DNA of 64,000 nucleotides from Candidatus Latescibacterota bacterium (GTDB lineage Bacteria > Latescibacterota > UBA2968 > UBA8231): positions 608,001 to 672,000 of the forward strand of contig CBDCSU010000005.1 in NCBI GenBank assembly GCA_965221775.1, written 5' to 3'. The notes under the pieces are model-generated. The model searched no databases, was not told where the DNA came from, and saw only the letters and a program-made list of their open reading frames with translations. This document shows, in pieces, positions 43,343-52,799 of the stretch (its first letter is position 1; each line of letters starts with the position of its first letter). The position numbers and the translations under genes are program-made.

Positions 43343-44605
43343 TTACTCCCACAGGCGGGCCATCGGAACGGCGTACAGGCCATCTCCGAAGGGGACCGTG
43401 GTTTCTCCGTCGTACAGCACGACACCCTGGCGGAAACGGTCGCCCGCGGCGCCCCGCAGTTTCCGAAGCCCCTGGAAATCGCCGCGCCTGACGGTCGCCG
43501 ATGCCTTGACCTCGACGCCGGCGACGGCGTGCGAGCCCTGCTCCATCACGATGTCCACCTCCACTCCATCTCTGTCGCGGAAGTGGGAGAATTCGACGGG
43601 CACCTCCTGCCAGCTGGCCTGTCTCCGCAGTTCCTGGAAGACGAAGGTCTCGAGGAGTTGCCCCAGCAGGGAACGATCCGCCGCCAACTGCGCGGGACCG
43701 AGGTTGAGAAGCGCGGCGGAGAGACCCGTGTCTCCGAGGTGGAGCTTGGGGGTCTTGACCAGACGGCTCAGACGATTGCTGTGCCAGGGCGGGAGTCTCT
43801 CGAGAAGGAACAGGCTTTCGAGAAGCGTGACGTACTCCCCGATCGTAGGACGGCTGAGTTGGAACGGCGCGGCCAGGTCGGCGAGGTTGAAGAGCCGGGC
43901 CGTCTGCGAGGCGGCGGCGCGCAGGAGTGGCGGAAGGGTCTCGAGCGATCGGATGCGGGCCAGGTCGCGCACGTCGCGTTGAACCAGTGTCTCGACGTAG
44001 TCACGATACCAGTTGGCCTGTCGCCGAGGGGTGGGTCGCGCCAGCGCCGGCGGGAATCCGCCAGCGACGATGTGCTCTGCCAGTCGTGAACCGAGCCTCG
44101 GGACCTGAACGATCTTGAACCCTCCCTCGAACAGGTCGGATACGAACCCCCTGCTCGGATTCGATGCGGCCACGGAAGACCGCGACGCCAGTTCGTACCG
44201 TGACAGCGGATGGAGCCGGACGATCTGCAGCCGTCCGGCAAGGGACTCGGAGAGGGCCGGCAGGAGCAGAACGTTGGTGGAGCCGGCAAGGATGAATCGG
44301 CCGGGTACCCGGTTCCGGTCGACTTCGAGCTTCAGGGCCGGGAAGAGCTCCGGGACGAGCTGGATCTCGTCCAGGATGACGCGTGCCGGGAGATCGGCAA
44401 CGAACCCGGCGGGGTCCGCTCGGGCGCCGTCCCTCACGATGGCATCGTCGAAGCTGATGTATCCGTACTTCGGTGCATAGGCGTACTGGGCGAGTGTCGT
44501 CTTGCCGCACTGGCGCGGGCCGTGGATGAGTACGACCGGCGAGTCCTCCAGGGCCTCGGCGAGCCGGGGCTCGATGAGTCGCGGATAGAAGGTCTGTTCG
44601 GGCAT
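43343..44605 (-). CDS. AAA_14 ATPase with DUF4143 domain
   Basis: GPRQCGKTT; ILDEIQ; KTPKLHLGDTG; EVDIV..GVEVK. Confidence 0.92.
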   Translation of the reverse strand: MPEQTFYPRLIEPRLAEALEDSPVVLIHGPRQCGKTTLAQYAYAPKYGYISFDDAIVRDGARADPAGFVADLPARVILDEIQLVPELFPALKLEVDRNRVPGRFILAGSTNVLLLPALSESLAGRLQIVRLHPLSRYELASRSSVAASNPSRGFVSDLFEGGFKIVQVPRLGSRLAEHIVAGGFPPALARPTPRRQANWYRDYVETLVQRDVRDLARIRSLETLPPLLRAAASQTARLFNLADLAAPFQLSRPTIGEYVTLLESLFLLERLPPWHSNRLSRLVKTPKLHLGDTGLSAALLNLGPAQLAADRSLLGQLLETFVFQELRRQASWQEVPVEFSHFRDRDGVEVDIVMEQGSHAVAGVEVKASATVRRGDFQGLRKLRGAAGDRFRQGVVLYDGETTVPFGDGLYAVPMARLWE

Positions 44606-44630
44606 CGAGCGGATTCCGGGTGCGCGACTT

Positions 44631-44714
44631 CGGCTGATTGCAAGGTTTGGGGCCGGCCAATTGTAAGGTTAGATAGCGGCTAATTGCAAGTTTCCGTGTC
44701 GGCTGATCGAAAGG
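44631..44714. repeat. Four direct repeats with exact 23-bp period upstream of the AAA/DUF4143 gene
   Basis: CGGCTGATTGCAAGG (44631), CGGCCAATTGTAAGG (44654), CGGCTAATTGCAAGT (44677), CGGCTGATCGAAAGG (44700). Confidence 0.85.
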
Positions 44715-44770
44715 CAACAGCCTTGCGGACGGCTTGGATCGGCTAGGCGTGACATGCGAGAGGGGGCCTG

Positions 44771-45028
44771 TCGGCGACTGCCTCTACATGGCCGGCGGCA
44801 AGGCCCTTTCGCGTCTGGGTCCTGGGTGGACGCGCCGACGGTGGCGAGGGCTACGCCTACAACCCGGCCAGCGCCGAGACCCGGGGCCCGGACACGCCCC
44901 TGGAGCTGAGCTGGGCGGCGACGGCCGACGCCGACGACTGGCTGCTGGTGGCCGGCGGGGCGTTCTGGGACGACCGCGTCAACGACGTGCTCAACACGGA
45001 CCGGGTGTTTCTGATGAGGTCCCCGTAG
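44771..45028 (+). pseudogene. Remnant second copy of the Kelch gene 3' region
   Basis: Matches 42497-42535, then 43104-43335; 56-bp identity 44954-45009 = 43258-43313. Confidence 0.9.
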
Positions 45029-45392
45029 TGAGCCCCGCCAGCAGCATCGGCGACGGGCGCAGTTCCCGCTTCAGGGGATCCAGCACGTAGCCCAGGGCCT
45101 CGAGGGTGACCACACCCAGAAGATTGCTGTCGCCGGCCTCGCCGAAGATGACCGGCGCGGCCCCCCGGTGCTCGTTGTATCGGAAGAGGGCATCCCCCAG
45201 GGCGCGTTCGATCTGATCGCCATTGGCCAAGGTGAAGGTCCGGTGTGAGTGCGGCTCGATGCCCAGGTCCTCCAAGACCGGACCCTGGACTACCGAATAG
45301 ACGGCCCCCGAGTCGATCAGGAACTGCTCGGTGCGGAACTCCTCCGGCCGGGCGGGACTGGCGATGTCGATGTCGAGGCAGGCAGGTCCCAT
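44991..45392 (-). CDS. Clan AA (retropepsin-like) aspartic protease
   Basis: FLIDSGA; TFTLANG; LLGVVTLEALG..DP. Confidence 0.85.
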   Translation of the reverse strand: MGPACLDIDIASPARPEEFRTEQFLIDSGAVYSVVQGPVLEDLGIEPHSHRTFTLANGDQIERALGDALFRYNEHRGAAPVIFGEAGDSNLLGVVTLEALGYVLDPLKRELRPSPMLLAGLTTGTSSETPGPC

Positions 45393-45400
45393 GCGCCGAG

Positions 45401-46537
45401 TCAAGGCCCCGCGACGGTCGCCTCCATCACCACATCCACCACCGCCCGCAGCGCCTCCTCGTGCGAGGCCCCCGCCTCCATCGCCTCCCTGTACGCCCGC
45501 GCCTGCATGTGGGAGCTGGTCCCCCGCTCGACGATGGTGCGGGCGTGTTCCACCTCCTCGACGCAGCCGAAGTGCTCGGCGTCCTCCCGGACCAGCTCCA
45601 GCAGCTCGTCCATCAGTTGCGGGAAGGGCACGATCTCGCCGCGGCCGAAGTCGACCATGCCCTCGTCGATGCCGTAGCGCTGGGCGCGCCAGCGGTTCTC
45701 GTCCACCAGGGTGCGGGTGTAGATCCGCCAGCGCTGGTTGTCGCGCCGCAGCCGGTAGAGCATGCGGCAGATGCAGCGGAAGAGGGCGGTGCAGCAGAGG
45801 GCGTCCTCCAGGCGGGTGCAGACGTCGGTGACGCGCATCTCCAGGGTCGGGAAGCGGGCGCTCGGGCGCACGTCCCACCACAGCTTGGTGGCGTCCTCGA
45901 TCAGGCCCGCCGCGGTCATCAGCTCCACCGTGCGGCGGTACTCGTCGTGGCTCTCGAAGCGCTCGGGCAGGCCCGTGCGGGGCAGCTCGTCGAAGACGCA
46001 CAGGCGGTAGGACTGCAGGCCGGTATCCGTGCCCTCCCAAAACGGCGAGGAAGTGCTCAGGGCCAGCAGGTGGGGCAGGAAGTAGGAGACCTGGTTGAGG
46101 ATGTCGACGCGCAGCTCGTCGTCCTCGATGCCCACGTGGACGTGCATGCCGCAGATGAGCAGGCGCTGGGCCACGACCTGCATGTCCTGGTGGAGGATGT
46201 TGTAGCGCGGCTTGTCGGTGTGCTTCTGGTCCCGCCAGCGGGCGAAGGGATGGGTGGAGGCGGCGATGAGGCCGAGGCCGTGGCCGCCGGCGATTCCGGC
46301 CACGGTGCGCCGCAGGTGCTCCAGGTCGGCGCGGACCTCGGCGGTGGAGTCGCGCACGGGGGTGCCGACCTCGACCTGGGGCCGCAGGAACTCGGGGCTG
46401 AAGTGACCCCCCAGCTCCCGCTCGAGGTGGTCGATCAGCTCGGGCGGAGGCTCGCTCACGAGGTCCCGGGAGTCCCGGTCGACCAGCAGGTACTCCTCCT
46501 CGACGCCGAGGCTGAAGCTGGGCTCGTGCAGGGCCAT
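45401..46537 (-). CDS. YbdK-type carboxylate-amine ligase (GCS2)
   Basis: LGVEEEYLLVD; CGMHVHVG; SSPFW; WWDVRP; TLEMR. Confidence 0.92.
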   Translation of the reverse strand: MALHEPSFSLGVEEEYLLVDRDSRDLVSEPPPELIDHLERELGGHFSPEFLRPQVEVGTPVRDSTAEVRADLEHLRRTVAGIAGGHGLGLIAASTHPFARWRDQKHTDKPRYNILHQDMQVVAQRLLICGMHVHVGIEDDELRVDILNQVSYFLPHLLALSTSSPFWEGTDTGLQSYRLCVFDELPRTGLPERFESHDEYRRTVELMTAAGLIEDATKLWWDVRPSARFPTLEMRVTDVCTRLEDALCCTALFRCICRMLYRLRRDNQRWRIYTRTLVDENRWRAQRYGIDEGMVDFGRGEIVPFPQLMDELLELVREDAEHFGCVEEVEHARTIVERGTSSHMQARAYREAMEAGASHEEALRAVVDVVMEATVAGP

Positions 46538-47346
46538 CAGGGAAGAACCTCCTCCAGCACCTCGGCCAGGATGCGCTCGCAGCGGGCGATGCCGGCCTCG
46601 TCGGCGAGCAGGTCCTCGCGGATCTCGATCATGGCGTTCGGGAGCCCGGCCGGCGCGGCGTGGTGGCCGTTGGAGAACGCGCCGTGGTCGCGCCCCGAGT
46701 AGGGCTCGTTGTCGCCGATCTCGCGTCCCGTGCGCCGGCCCAGGGCCTCGATCAGGGGCCGGGCGATGCGATCGTCGCGGTCCCAGAGCACGCCGAAGTG
46801 CCAGGGGCGCGCCATGCCGTTCATGCTGGGTGTGAAAGTGTGGAGGGCGACGTAGGCGGGGGTCTCTCCGCGCGAGCGGATGCTCTCCAGGACCCCTGCG
46901 ATCGCCTCGTGGTACGGATGAAAGAGGGTCCGCGCCCGCCGCTCGGCGTCCTCCGGCGTGAGACCGCGGTTCCCGGGGACCGGGGTGCCGTCGCTCTCTG
47001 ACAGGATCGACTCCGGATGGCCGGGCTCGCGGTTGCAGTCGATCACCAGGCGCGAGTACCCGGAGAGAACGGCGGGGACGTCGAACCGCCGCGAGAGCCG
47101 CCGGGCCAGCTCGGCGGCGCCCGCGTCCCAGCCGATGTGGCGGCGCAGGTCGGCCGGGTCGAGGCCCAGGCCGTCGAGAGCCGCGGGCACGGCGTGGGAG
47201 GCGTGGTCGCAGGTGAGGACCATCATCCCCCGGCCCGAGGGGTTGACGACCTCGAAGGGGGGCGGATCGCCTGCGGCCAGCAGCCCGGGGCGGCGCGGCG
47301 CCGACCTGCCGGCCGGGTACTCTTGCGGTTTCAGCGACTCATCCAA
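46537..47346 (-). CDS. N-formylglutamate amidohydrolase (start uncertain)
   Basis: CDHAS; HIGWDAG; SRLVIDCNR; NEPY; IEIR. Confidence 0.9.
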   Translation of the reverse strand: MDESLKPQEYPAGRSAPRRPGLLAAGDPPPFEVVNPSGRGMMVLTCDHASHAVPAALDGLGLDPADLRRHIGWDAGAAELARRLSRRFDVPAVLSGYSRLVIDCNREPGHPESILSESDGTPVPGNRGLTPEDAERRARTLFHPYHEAIAGVLESIRSRGETPAYVALHTFTPSMNGMARPWHFGVLWDRDDRIARPLIEALGRRTGREIGDNEPYSGRDHGAFSNGHHAAPAGLPNAMIEIREDLLADEAGIARCERILAEVLEEVLP

Positions 47347-47461
47347 GGCTTCAGCTCTCCAGCTGTCGGCAGCGGTCCCGAGGCTGCCTCCCCGGAAAGG
47401 GTACACGGAGCTTGGCCGGTAAGGAAGCGCGAAAACCCCCAACTCGGGGCTGCGCTTCTGG

Positions 47462-48643
47462 TCAGGGCGGCGGCGCCGGCGTCGACCCACGGCTCTCCCA
47501 CCAGCGCCTCCAGGCGGCGGCGTCGTTGCCCCATCTCTCCCCGGTCAGGGATCGCAGGGCGTTGGCCGCCTGCTGCCGAACGGTCGGGGCGTCGCGGCTC
47601 AGCGCCTCGATCAGCAGCGGCACCGCGGTCTCGCCGCCGATTCGGCCCAGGGCCTCGGCGGCGCTGGCGCGCAGCGCCGGATCGAAGGCCGAGCGCAGGA
47701 CCTCCAGCAGGTCCCCCGCGGCGCTCGCGTCGCCGATCCGGCCCAAGGCGGTCACGAGGGCCCCCTGGAGTCGGAAGTTGGCCGTCTCGCCCAGCATCGT
47801 CCGCAGCGGTTGCACCGATGTCGAGTCGCCCAGATCGCCCAAGGCCTCGATGGCCGCAACCCGCAGGGGCACCGCCCCTTCCATCGCGGTACCGACCAGG
47901 GGCCCGGGGCCGTACAGCCGTCCGATCATGGCCGCCAGCTCGGGCGCCACGATGGTGTGGAAGGCCGCTTCGAAAGGCGCGTCCTCGGGCCGCGGAAAGT
48001 CTTCCGAGTCGATGCGCTCCGGCGGGCTGTACATGCCATCGAAGGACTGGTCGTACAGCCTTTCCCCCGCCGTCGACAGCCAGACCGACCCGCGCAGGCC
48101 GGCGCCCGCGTACCGTCTCGTCACGGCGCCCAGGGGCAGGTTGCGCTCGTTCACCGGCGCGTAGGGCTGGCTCACGGCGCGTCCCTCGAGGCGCAGGCCC
48201 AGCACGCCATCGGCGGCCCCGCCCCCGTCCCGCGCGATCCTCAGCCCCGCCTGCCGCAGCAGCGCCGCCGCCGTCTGGGCGACAGGCAGCGCAAGGCCCT
48301 CGATCTCCCGGTCGGCGCGGCCGTGCACGTAGCTCTGGCGAATCTCGAGGTGGACGGACTCGACCCGCCGCAGGGCCTCGTAGAGCGCCTGCAGGCGCCC
48401 CCGGGCCGCCTCGGACCGGGGGCCGCCGGGGTAACGCTCGATGAACGCCCCGTAGGCCGGGATCGTGTCCGTCTTGAGGGTTGTCTTCCACAGCTGGCTC
48501 TCCAGCGACGGCGCGCAGGCGACGACGACGAGAGCCGGCAACGGCCAGAGATGTGAGATGGAAGAACGGATGGCTCGGCTCGCCGGTGGCAACCCGGGAC
48601 CGCTGGTTGCCGGACGGGGCGGGTACAACCTATTTCCGGGCAT
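47462..48643 (-). CDS. HEAT-repeat lipoprotein (start uncertain)
   Basis: VVVAC lipobox-like motif; repeated AEALGRIG helices. Confidence 0.7.
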   Translation of the reverse strand: MPGNRLYPPRPATSGPGLPPASRAIRSSISHLWPLPALVVVACAPSLESQLWKTTLKTDTIPAYGAFIERYPGGPRSEAARGRLQALYEALRRVESVHLEIRQSYVHGRADREIEGLALPVAQTAAALLRQAGLRIARDGGGAADGVLGLRLEGRAVSQPYAPVNERNLPLGAVTRRYAGAGLRGSVWLSTAGERLYDQSFDGMYSPPERIDSEDFPRPEDAPFEAAFHTIVAPELAAMIGRLYGPGPLVGTAMEGAVPLRVAAIEALGDLGDSTSVQPLRTMLGETANFRLQGALVTALGRIGDASAAGDLLEVLRSAFDPALRASAAEALGRIGGETAVPLLIEALSRDAPTVRQQAANALRSLTGERWGNDAAAWRRWWESRGSTPAPPP

Positions 48644-48669
48644 CTCCAACGGAAAGGAGTCCCTGGCCA

Positions 48670-50334
48670 ATGCACCCGACACCGCCGGGACCGAGACCCA
48701 TCAGACCCAGGGGCGACATCCGCCTGCTCTTCGCCGCCGACCTCTCGAGTCACGCGCGACCACCGTTCGTCGGCGATCCGGCCACTCCCGAGCAGATCCG
48801 CACGCTCGTCGACCACTTCGCTCTGAGTGGGGCGGACGCGCTCGGGCAGGAGGTCTTCGGACAGGGGTGGGTGCTGCACTTCCGCTCCGACACCTACGAG
48901 TACGATCAGCGGCCTCAGCATCGGCGCTGGATACCCATGCTGGATCGGGGCATCCATCCCATCGAGGTGTTCAGCGACCAGGCGCACCAGCGCGGGATGA
49001 AGTTCATCGCCGGGGCACGGTTCGGCGACGACCACGGCGCGCCCACACAGGGCGCCCGGTGGATATTCGATCACCCGGAGTTCATCCTGAGAGACCTGCC
49101 GCCGGGGCCTCTGAGCAAGCCGGGCAACACCCTCGATTTCTCGTTCCGCGAGGTGAGGGACTTCCATTTCGGGGCGATCGAGGAGATCGCGCGCCGTTTC
49201 GACGTGGACGGCATCGAGATCACCTTCCGCAGCGACAATCACTTCCCCTACCCCCGCTCGATCTCCCGGGAACGACAGCCCCTGATGACGGAACTGATGC
49301 AACGCATCCGCGACATGCTCGACGATGAGGCGCGCAACAAGGGCAGGGAGCTGCTTCTCGGCGTTCGTGTCCCGGAGACCGTCGACGAGTGCCGCGATTG
49401 CGGCCTCGATCTTCCCACGTGGATCACCACGGGTATTCTCGACTACGCGAGCCCGGGCAACTCCATGTACTCGAACCACAGTGCGCGATGGGAGGAGTTT
49501 TCGAGGCTGGCGGAAGGGACCGCCTGCCGCCTGCTTCCGGGAGTCATGCCGTTCTGCTCGGCAACCGACTCACGGAGCGACACCGTCCCCTGGGCGCTGC
49601 AGCCGGGTACCGGCGAGAGCGGCACGAGGGACCACATGGCGTTTCAGTCCCGGGTATACCTGCGTCCCATGACCTCGGACAACTACCGCGCACTCGCCAA
49701 CAACATGTACGGAGCCGGCGCCGACGGCGTTTCGAGCTTCAACTTCCACGAGCAGTACACGGGGAACCTCATCGGCGGGTTCCCCGGGGAACTGGCCCTG
49801 CTCAGGCAGCTCAAGGACCCCGAAGCGATCAAGGCACGCCACCGCACGTACCTGTTCCGGTCGATGCTCGGAGGGGTGGACTACCACGGCGCGCCGGGCA
49901 TGGCTTCCACCGGTGCCATCAAGGACGACAGGATCGACCTGAGCCGTGAGGCCCCCGGGGTCCGCAAGGAGTACCGGCTGCGTCTGTGCGAGCAGTGGGA
50001 CGAAGTCGGCCACGCCTGCATGGCGGTCCGTGCCCAGAACCTTCGCCCCGAAGAGCGTCTGGTCTTCGACGTGAACGGGGTGGCGACCCCCGACGAGAGC
50101 GTCCGTCGGATGTGGCACCCGGACGGCCGCTCCACCAACATCGGGCGTCCGCTCCCCGCCTACTCGACCCTCATGTTCGACCTCGGCACGGAGTACATGC
50201 TCGATGGGGACAACACACTCGGCGTGAGGCTGGCAGAGGTGGAAAACGGCTCCGATGGCGATATCGTCATCGACGAAATCGACGTCACCGTGATACCCTG
50301 CGGGCTTCAGCCAACGGAAAGGAGTCGCTCGTGA
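48670..50334 (+). CDS. Glycoside hydrolase-like (GH10-like/DUF187) TIM-barrel protein
   Basis: LDFSFREVRD; RFDVDGIEITF; GADGVSSFNF; C-terminal beta domain. Confidence 0.65.
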   Translation: MHPTPPGPRPIRPRGDIRLLFAADLSSHARPPFVGDPATPEQIRTLVDHFALSGADALGQEVFGQGWVLHFRSDTYEYDQRPQHRRWIPMLDRGIHPIEVFSDQAHQRGMKFIAGARFGDDHGAPTQGARWIFDHPEFILRDLPPGPLSKPGNTLDFSFREVRDFHFGAIEEIARRFDVDGIEITFRSDNHFPYPRSISRERQPLMTELMQRIRDMLDDEARNKGRELLLGVRVPETVDECRDCGLDLPTWITTGILDYASPGNSMYSNHSARWEEFSRLAEGTACRLLPGVMPFCSATDSRSDTVPWALQPGTGESGTRDHMAFQSRVYLRPMTSDNYRALANNMYGAGADGVSSFNFHEQYTGNLIGGFPGELALLRQLKDPEAIKARHRTYLFRSMLGGVDYHGAPGMASTGAIKDDRIDLSREAPGVRKEYRLRLCEQWDEVGHACMAVRAQNLRPEERLVFDVNGVATPDESVRRMWHPDGRSTNIGRPLPAYSTLMFDLGTEYMLDGDNTLGVRLAEVENGSDGDIVIDEIDVTVIPCGLQPTERSRS

Positions 50335-51473
50335 AGATCACCCAGGTTGAGGCAATCCCCTTCGCCAGCTTCCTCTACGTCAGGATCGATACCGACGAGG
50401 GCGTGCACGGCATCGGCGAGGCCAGCCTCAGCGGCCGCAACCGGGCCGTGGCCGCCGCCTTCGATCACATCACCCCCCTGCTGATCGGCCAGGACGCCAC
50501 CCGGATCGAGTTCATCTGGCAGGACCTGTTCCGCGGCACCTTCTGGCGCGGCGGCCCGGTGCTGCAGTCGGCCCTGGCCGGCGTCGACCTGGCGCTGTGG
50601 GACCTCAACGGCAAGGCCCTCGGCGTGCCGGCGTACCGCCTCCTCGGCGGCCTCGCCCGCGACAAGGTCCTCCTCTACCGGCACGTCGGCGGCGCCACGC
50701 CGGAAGGGCTGGTCGAGAGCTCCCGGGCCCTGCTCGACGACGGCTGGAAGGTGCTGCGCATCTCGCCGATCGTCGCCGGCCGCGGCATCGACCACCGGGC
50801 GGACGTCGGTTTCGACCCGCGCCGCGCGATCCTCAACGGCGTCGCTCACATGACCGCCCTGCGCGAGGCCGTCGGGCCGGAGGTGGAGATCATCTTCGAG
50901 GTCCACACGCGGCTGTCGCCGGCGCGCGCCGTCGAGTTGTGCCGGCAACTGGAGGACCTGCGTCCGTTCTTCGTGGAGGACCCGATCCGCTCGGAGAACC
51001 CCGGCGCCTTCCGCACCCTGCGTGAGCACACCTCGGTACCGATCGGCACCGGCGAGCAGCTGCACGACAAGTGGGCCTACCGAGAGCTGATCGAGGGCGA
51101 GCTGATCGACTACCTGCGCGTCGACATCTGCCACACCGGCGGCATCACCGAGGGCCGCAAGCTGGCCCACATGGCCGAGGTCCACTACCAGGAGCTGGCC
51201 ACCCACTACACCTCGAGCCCGGTGAGCTCGGCGGCGATGCTGCACCTGAACCTGTCGATCGCCAACTGCGCCGTGCAGGAGTTCGCGCCGCCCTCGGCGG
51301 CCATGAACGAAGTGGTGGACCACGATCTGCGCGTCGAGGACGGGTACCTGCTGGCCTCGGACCGGCCGGGCCTGGGGATCGACCTGGACGTGGAGGCGGC
51401 CCGGCGGCTCGGCACCGACGATCACGAGCCGCCGCATCTGCGCCGGCCGGACGGGGCCGTGCAGGACTGGTAG
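50331..51473 (+). CDS. Galactonate dehydratase-like enolase-superfamily enzyme
   Basis: GTFWRGGPV; DLALWDLNGK; EVHTRL; EDP; TGEQ; RRPDGAVQDW. Confidence 0.88.
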   Translation: MKITQVEAIPFASFLYVRIDTDEGVHGIGEASLSGRNRAVAAAFDHITPLLIGQDATRIEFIWQDLFRGTFWRGGPVLQSALAGVDLALWDLNGKALGVPAYRLLGGLARDKVLLYRHVGGATPEGLVESSRALLDDGWKVLRISPIVAGRGIDHRADVGFDPRRAILNGVAHMTALREAVGPEVEIIFEVHTRLSPARAVELCRQLEDLRPFFVEDPIRSENPGAFRTLREHTSVPIGTGEQLHDKWAYRELIEGELIDYLRVDICHTGGITEGRKLAHMAEVHYQELATHYTSSPVSSAAMLHLNLSIANCAVQEFAPPSAAMNEVVDHDLRVEDGYLLASDRPGLGIDLDVEAARRLGTDDHEPPHLRRPDGAVQDW

Positions 51474-51489
51474 TGCTGGGCGGGCTCCC

Positions 51490-51582
51490 GGCGCTATGCG
51501 CGTCGATGCCGTCGGCGCCGGTCTGCGCGGCGGAGCGCAGGTAGCCGTCGGAGAGATCGCGCTGGCGGAGGAGGACCTTCAT
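51490..51582 (-). pseudogene. 5' remnant of a deleted gene (mannonate-dehydratase-like N-terminus)
   Basis: MKVLLRQRDLSDGYLRSAAQTGADGID, then runs into the convergent gene; family assignment from memory only. Confidence 0.45.
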
Positions 51583-51727
51583 CGACGGGAGCCTCCCGTG
51601 GCGCCCGGGGGCCGGCTACGCGGAGAAGCCGCGGAACCCCGCTGCGTAGCCGGCGAGCACGGCGTCGGAGAGCTCGCGCTGACGTCCGAGGACCCCCATC
51701 GGTGGGACCTTCCCAGGCGCGGGCGGG

Positions 51728-52534
51728 CTATGCGGAGAAACCGCGGAAGCCCGCGGCGTAGTTGGCGAGCACGGCGTCGGGGTCGTGATCGCTGCCGGGG
51801 GCGTGGATCACCTCCACGGAGAACCAGCCGTCGTAGCCCGCGGCCTCCAGCAGGCGCACCGGCGTTGCGTGATCGATGACGCCGTCGCCGAGGGCGCAGA
51901 CCTGCATGCGGCCGTCCACGTAGCGGCCGTCGTGGGCGTGGAGGTGGCGGGTCAGCGGGCCGAGCGTCCGGAAGGACTCCTCCGGCGTCTCCATCATGCG
52001 CTGGGTGTGCATCGCGTCCCACAGGACCTGCACGGCCGGGTGGTCCACGGCCTCGATGACGGCCCGCACCGGCGCCGAGCAGCACCAGTCGTCGTGGGTC
52101 TCCATCAGCACCGTGACCCCCGCCGCCCCGGCCTCGCCCGCCACCTGGCGGTAGCCCTCGGCGGTGTGCTCCACCGCGGCGGCCAGCTCCCCCGCGTGGC
52201 CCCGGGAGCCGCCGAAGGTGCGCAGGAGCCCGCAGCCGAGGTCGGTCGCCAGCTCGATGTAGCGGCGCACATCCTCCACGTGGCCCGCCCGCTCCGGCTC
52301 CGCCACGGCCATGCGCGCGCCGGTGGCGATGCAGCAGATCTCCAGCCCCTCGTCGGCGAAGCGGCGCCTCACCTCGGCGCGTTCCGCCTTGGACAGGCCG
52401 GCCTCGATGCCGCTGGCGTGGCCCCACTCGACTCGCGGCTCCAGGCCCTTGTACCCGTGCCGCTTCATGCCGGCCACGACCTCGTACAGGCGCCAGTCGG
52501 GGCAGACGCTGGTCATCGTCGCAAGGTCGGTCAT
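51728..52534 (-). CDS. Sugar phosphate isomerase/epimerase (AP endonuclease 2 TIM barrel)
   Basis: GYKGLEPR; METHD; WDAMH; HLHAHD; GWFSVE. Confidence 0.88.
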   Translation of the reverse strand: MTDLATMTSVCPDWRLYEVVAGMKRHGYKGLEPRVEWGHASGIEAGLSKAERAEVRRRFADEGLEICCIATGARMAVAEPERAGHVEDVRRYIELATDLGCGLLRTFGGSRGHAGELAAAVEHTAEGYRQVAGEAGAAGVTVLMETHDDWCCSAPVRAVIEAVDHPAVQVLWDAMHTQRMMETPEESFRTLGPLTRHLHAHDGRYVDGRMQVCALGDGVIDHATPVRLLEAAGYDGWFSVEVIHAPGSDHDPDAVLANYAAGFRGFSA

Positions 52535-52799
52535 CTGTCTCCTCTCAGTTGGGGTTCCGGGCGCGAGCATACGCGCCGTCGTTTCAGCGGGAGCAATCTA
52601 AGGAGCGGCGCGGATCGCCGGCTACGTGGCGCGCCGGGCGGGCGCCCCGGGCGGCTGGCGGGAACTCCCCTCAGGCATGGGCCAGGAGTTCGGCACCGCG
52701 CGGCCGCGGCCCCTGCGAGCCACGGCGGCACCTCCCTTCAGGCCGCAAAAGGAGGCTCCGTGCAGATCCGCGGCTCCGGCCCACCTCGGCGGAGCCCCT

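Noticed and set aside
44631-44714. Mini-CRISPR
   Set aside because: The variable parts are only about 8 bp and the repeats are degenerate.
43104-45028. Diversity-generating retroelement (VR/TR pair)
   Set aside because: Differences are not adenine-specific, include indels and synonymous changes, and there is no reverse transcriptase in the window.
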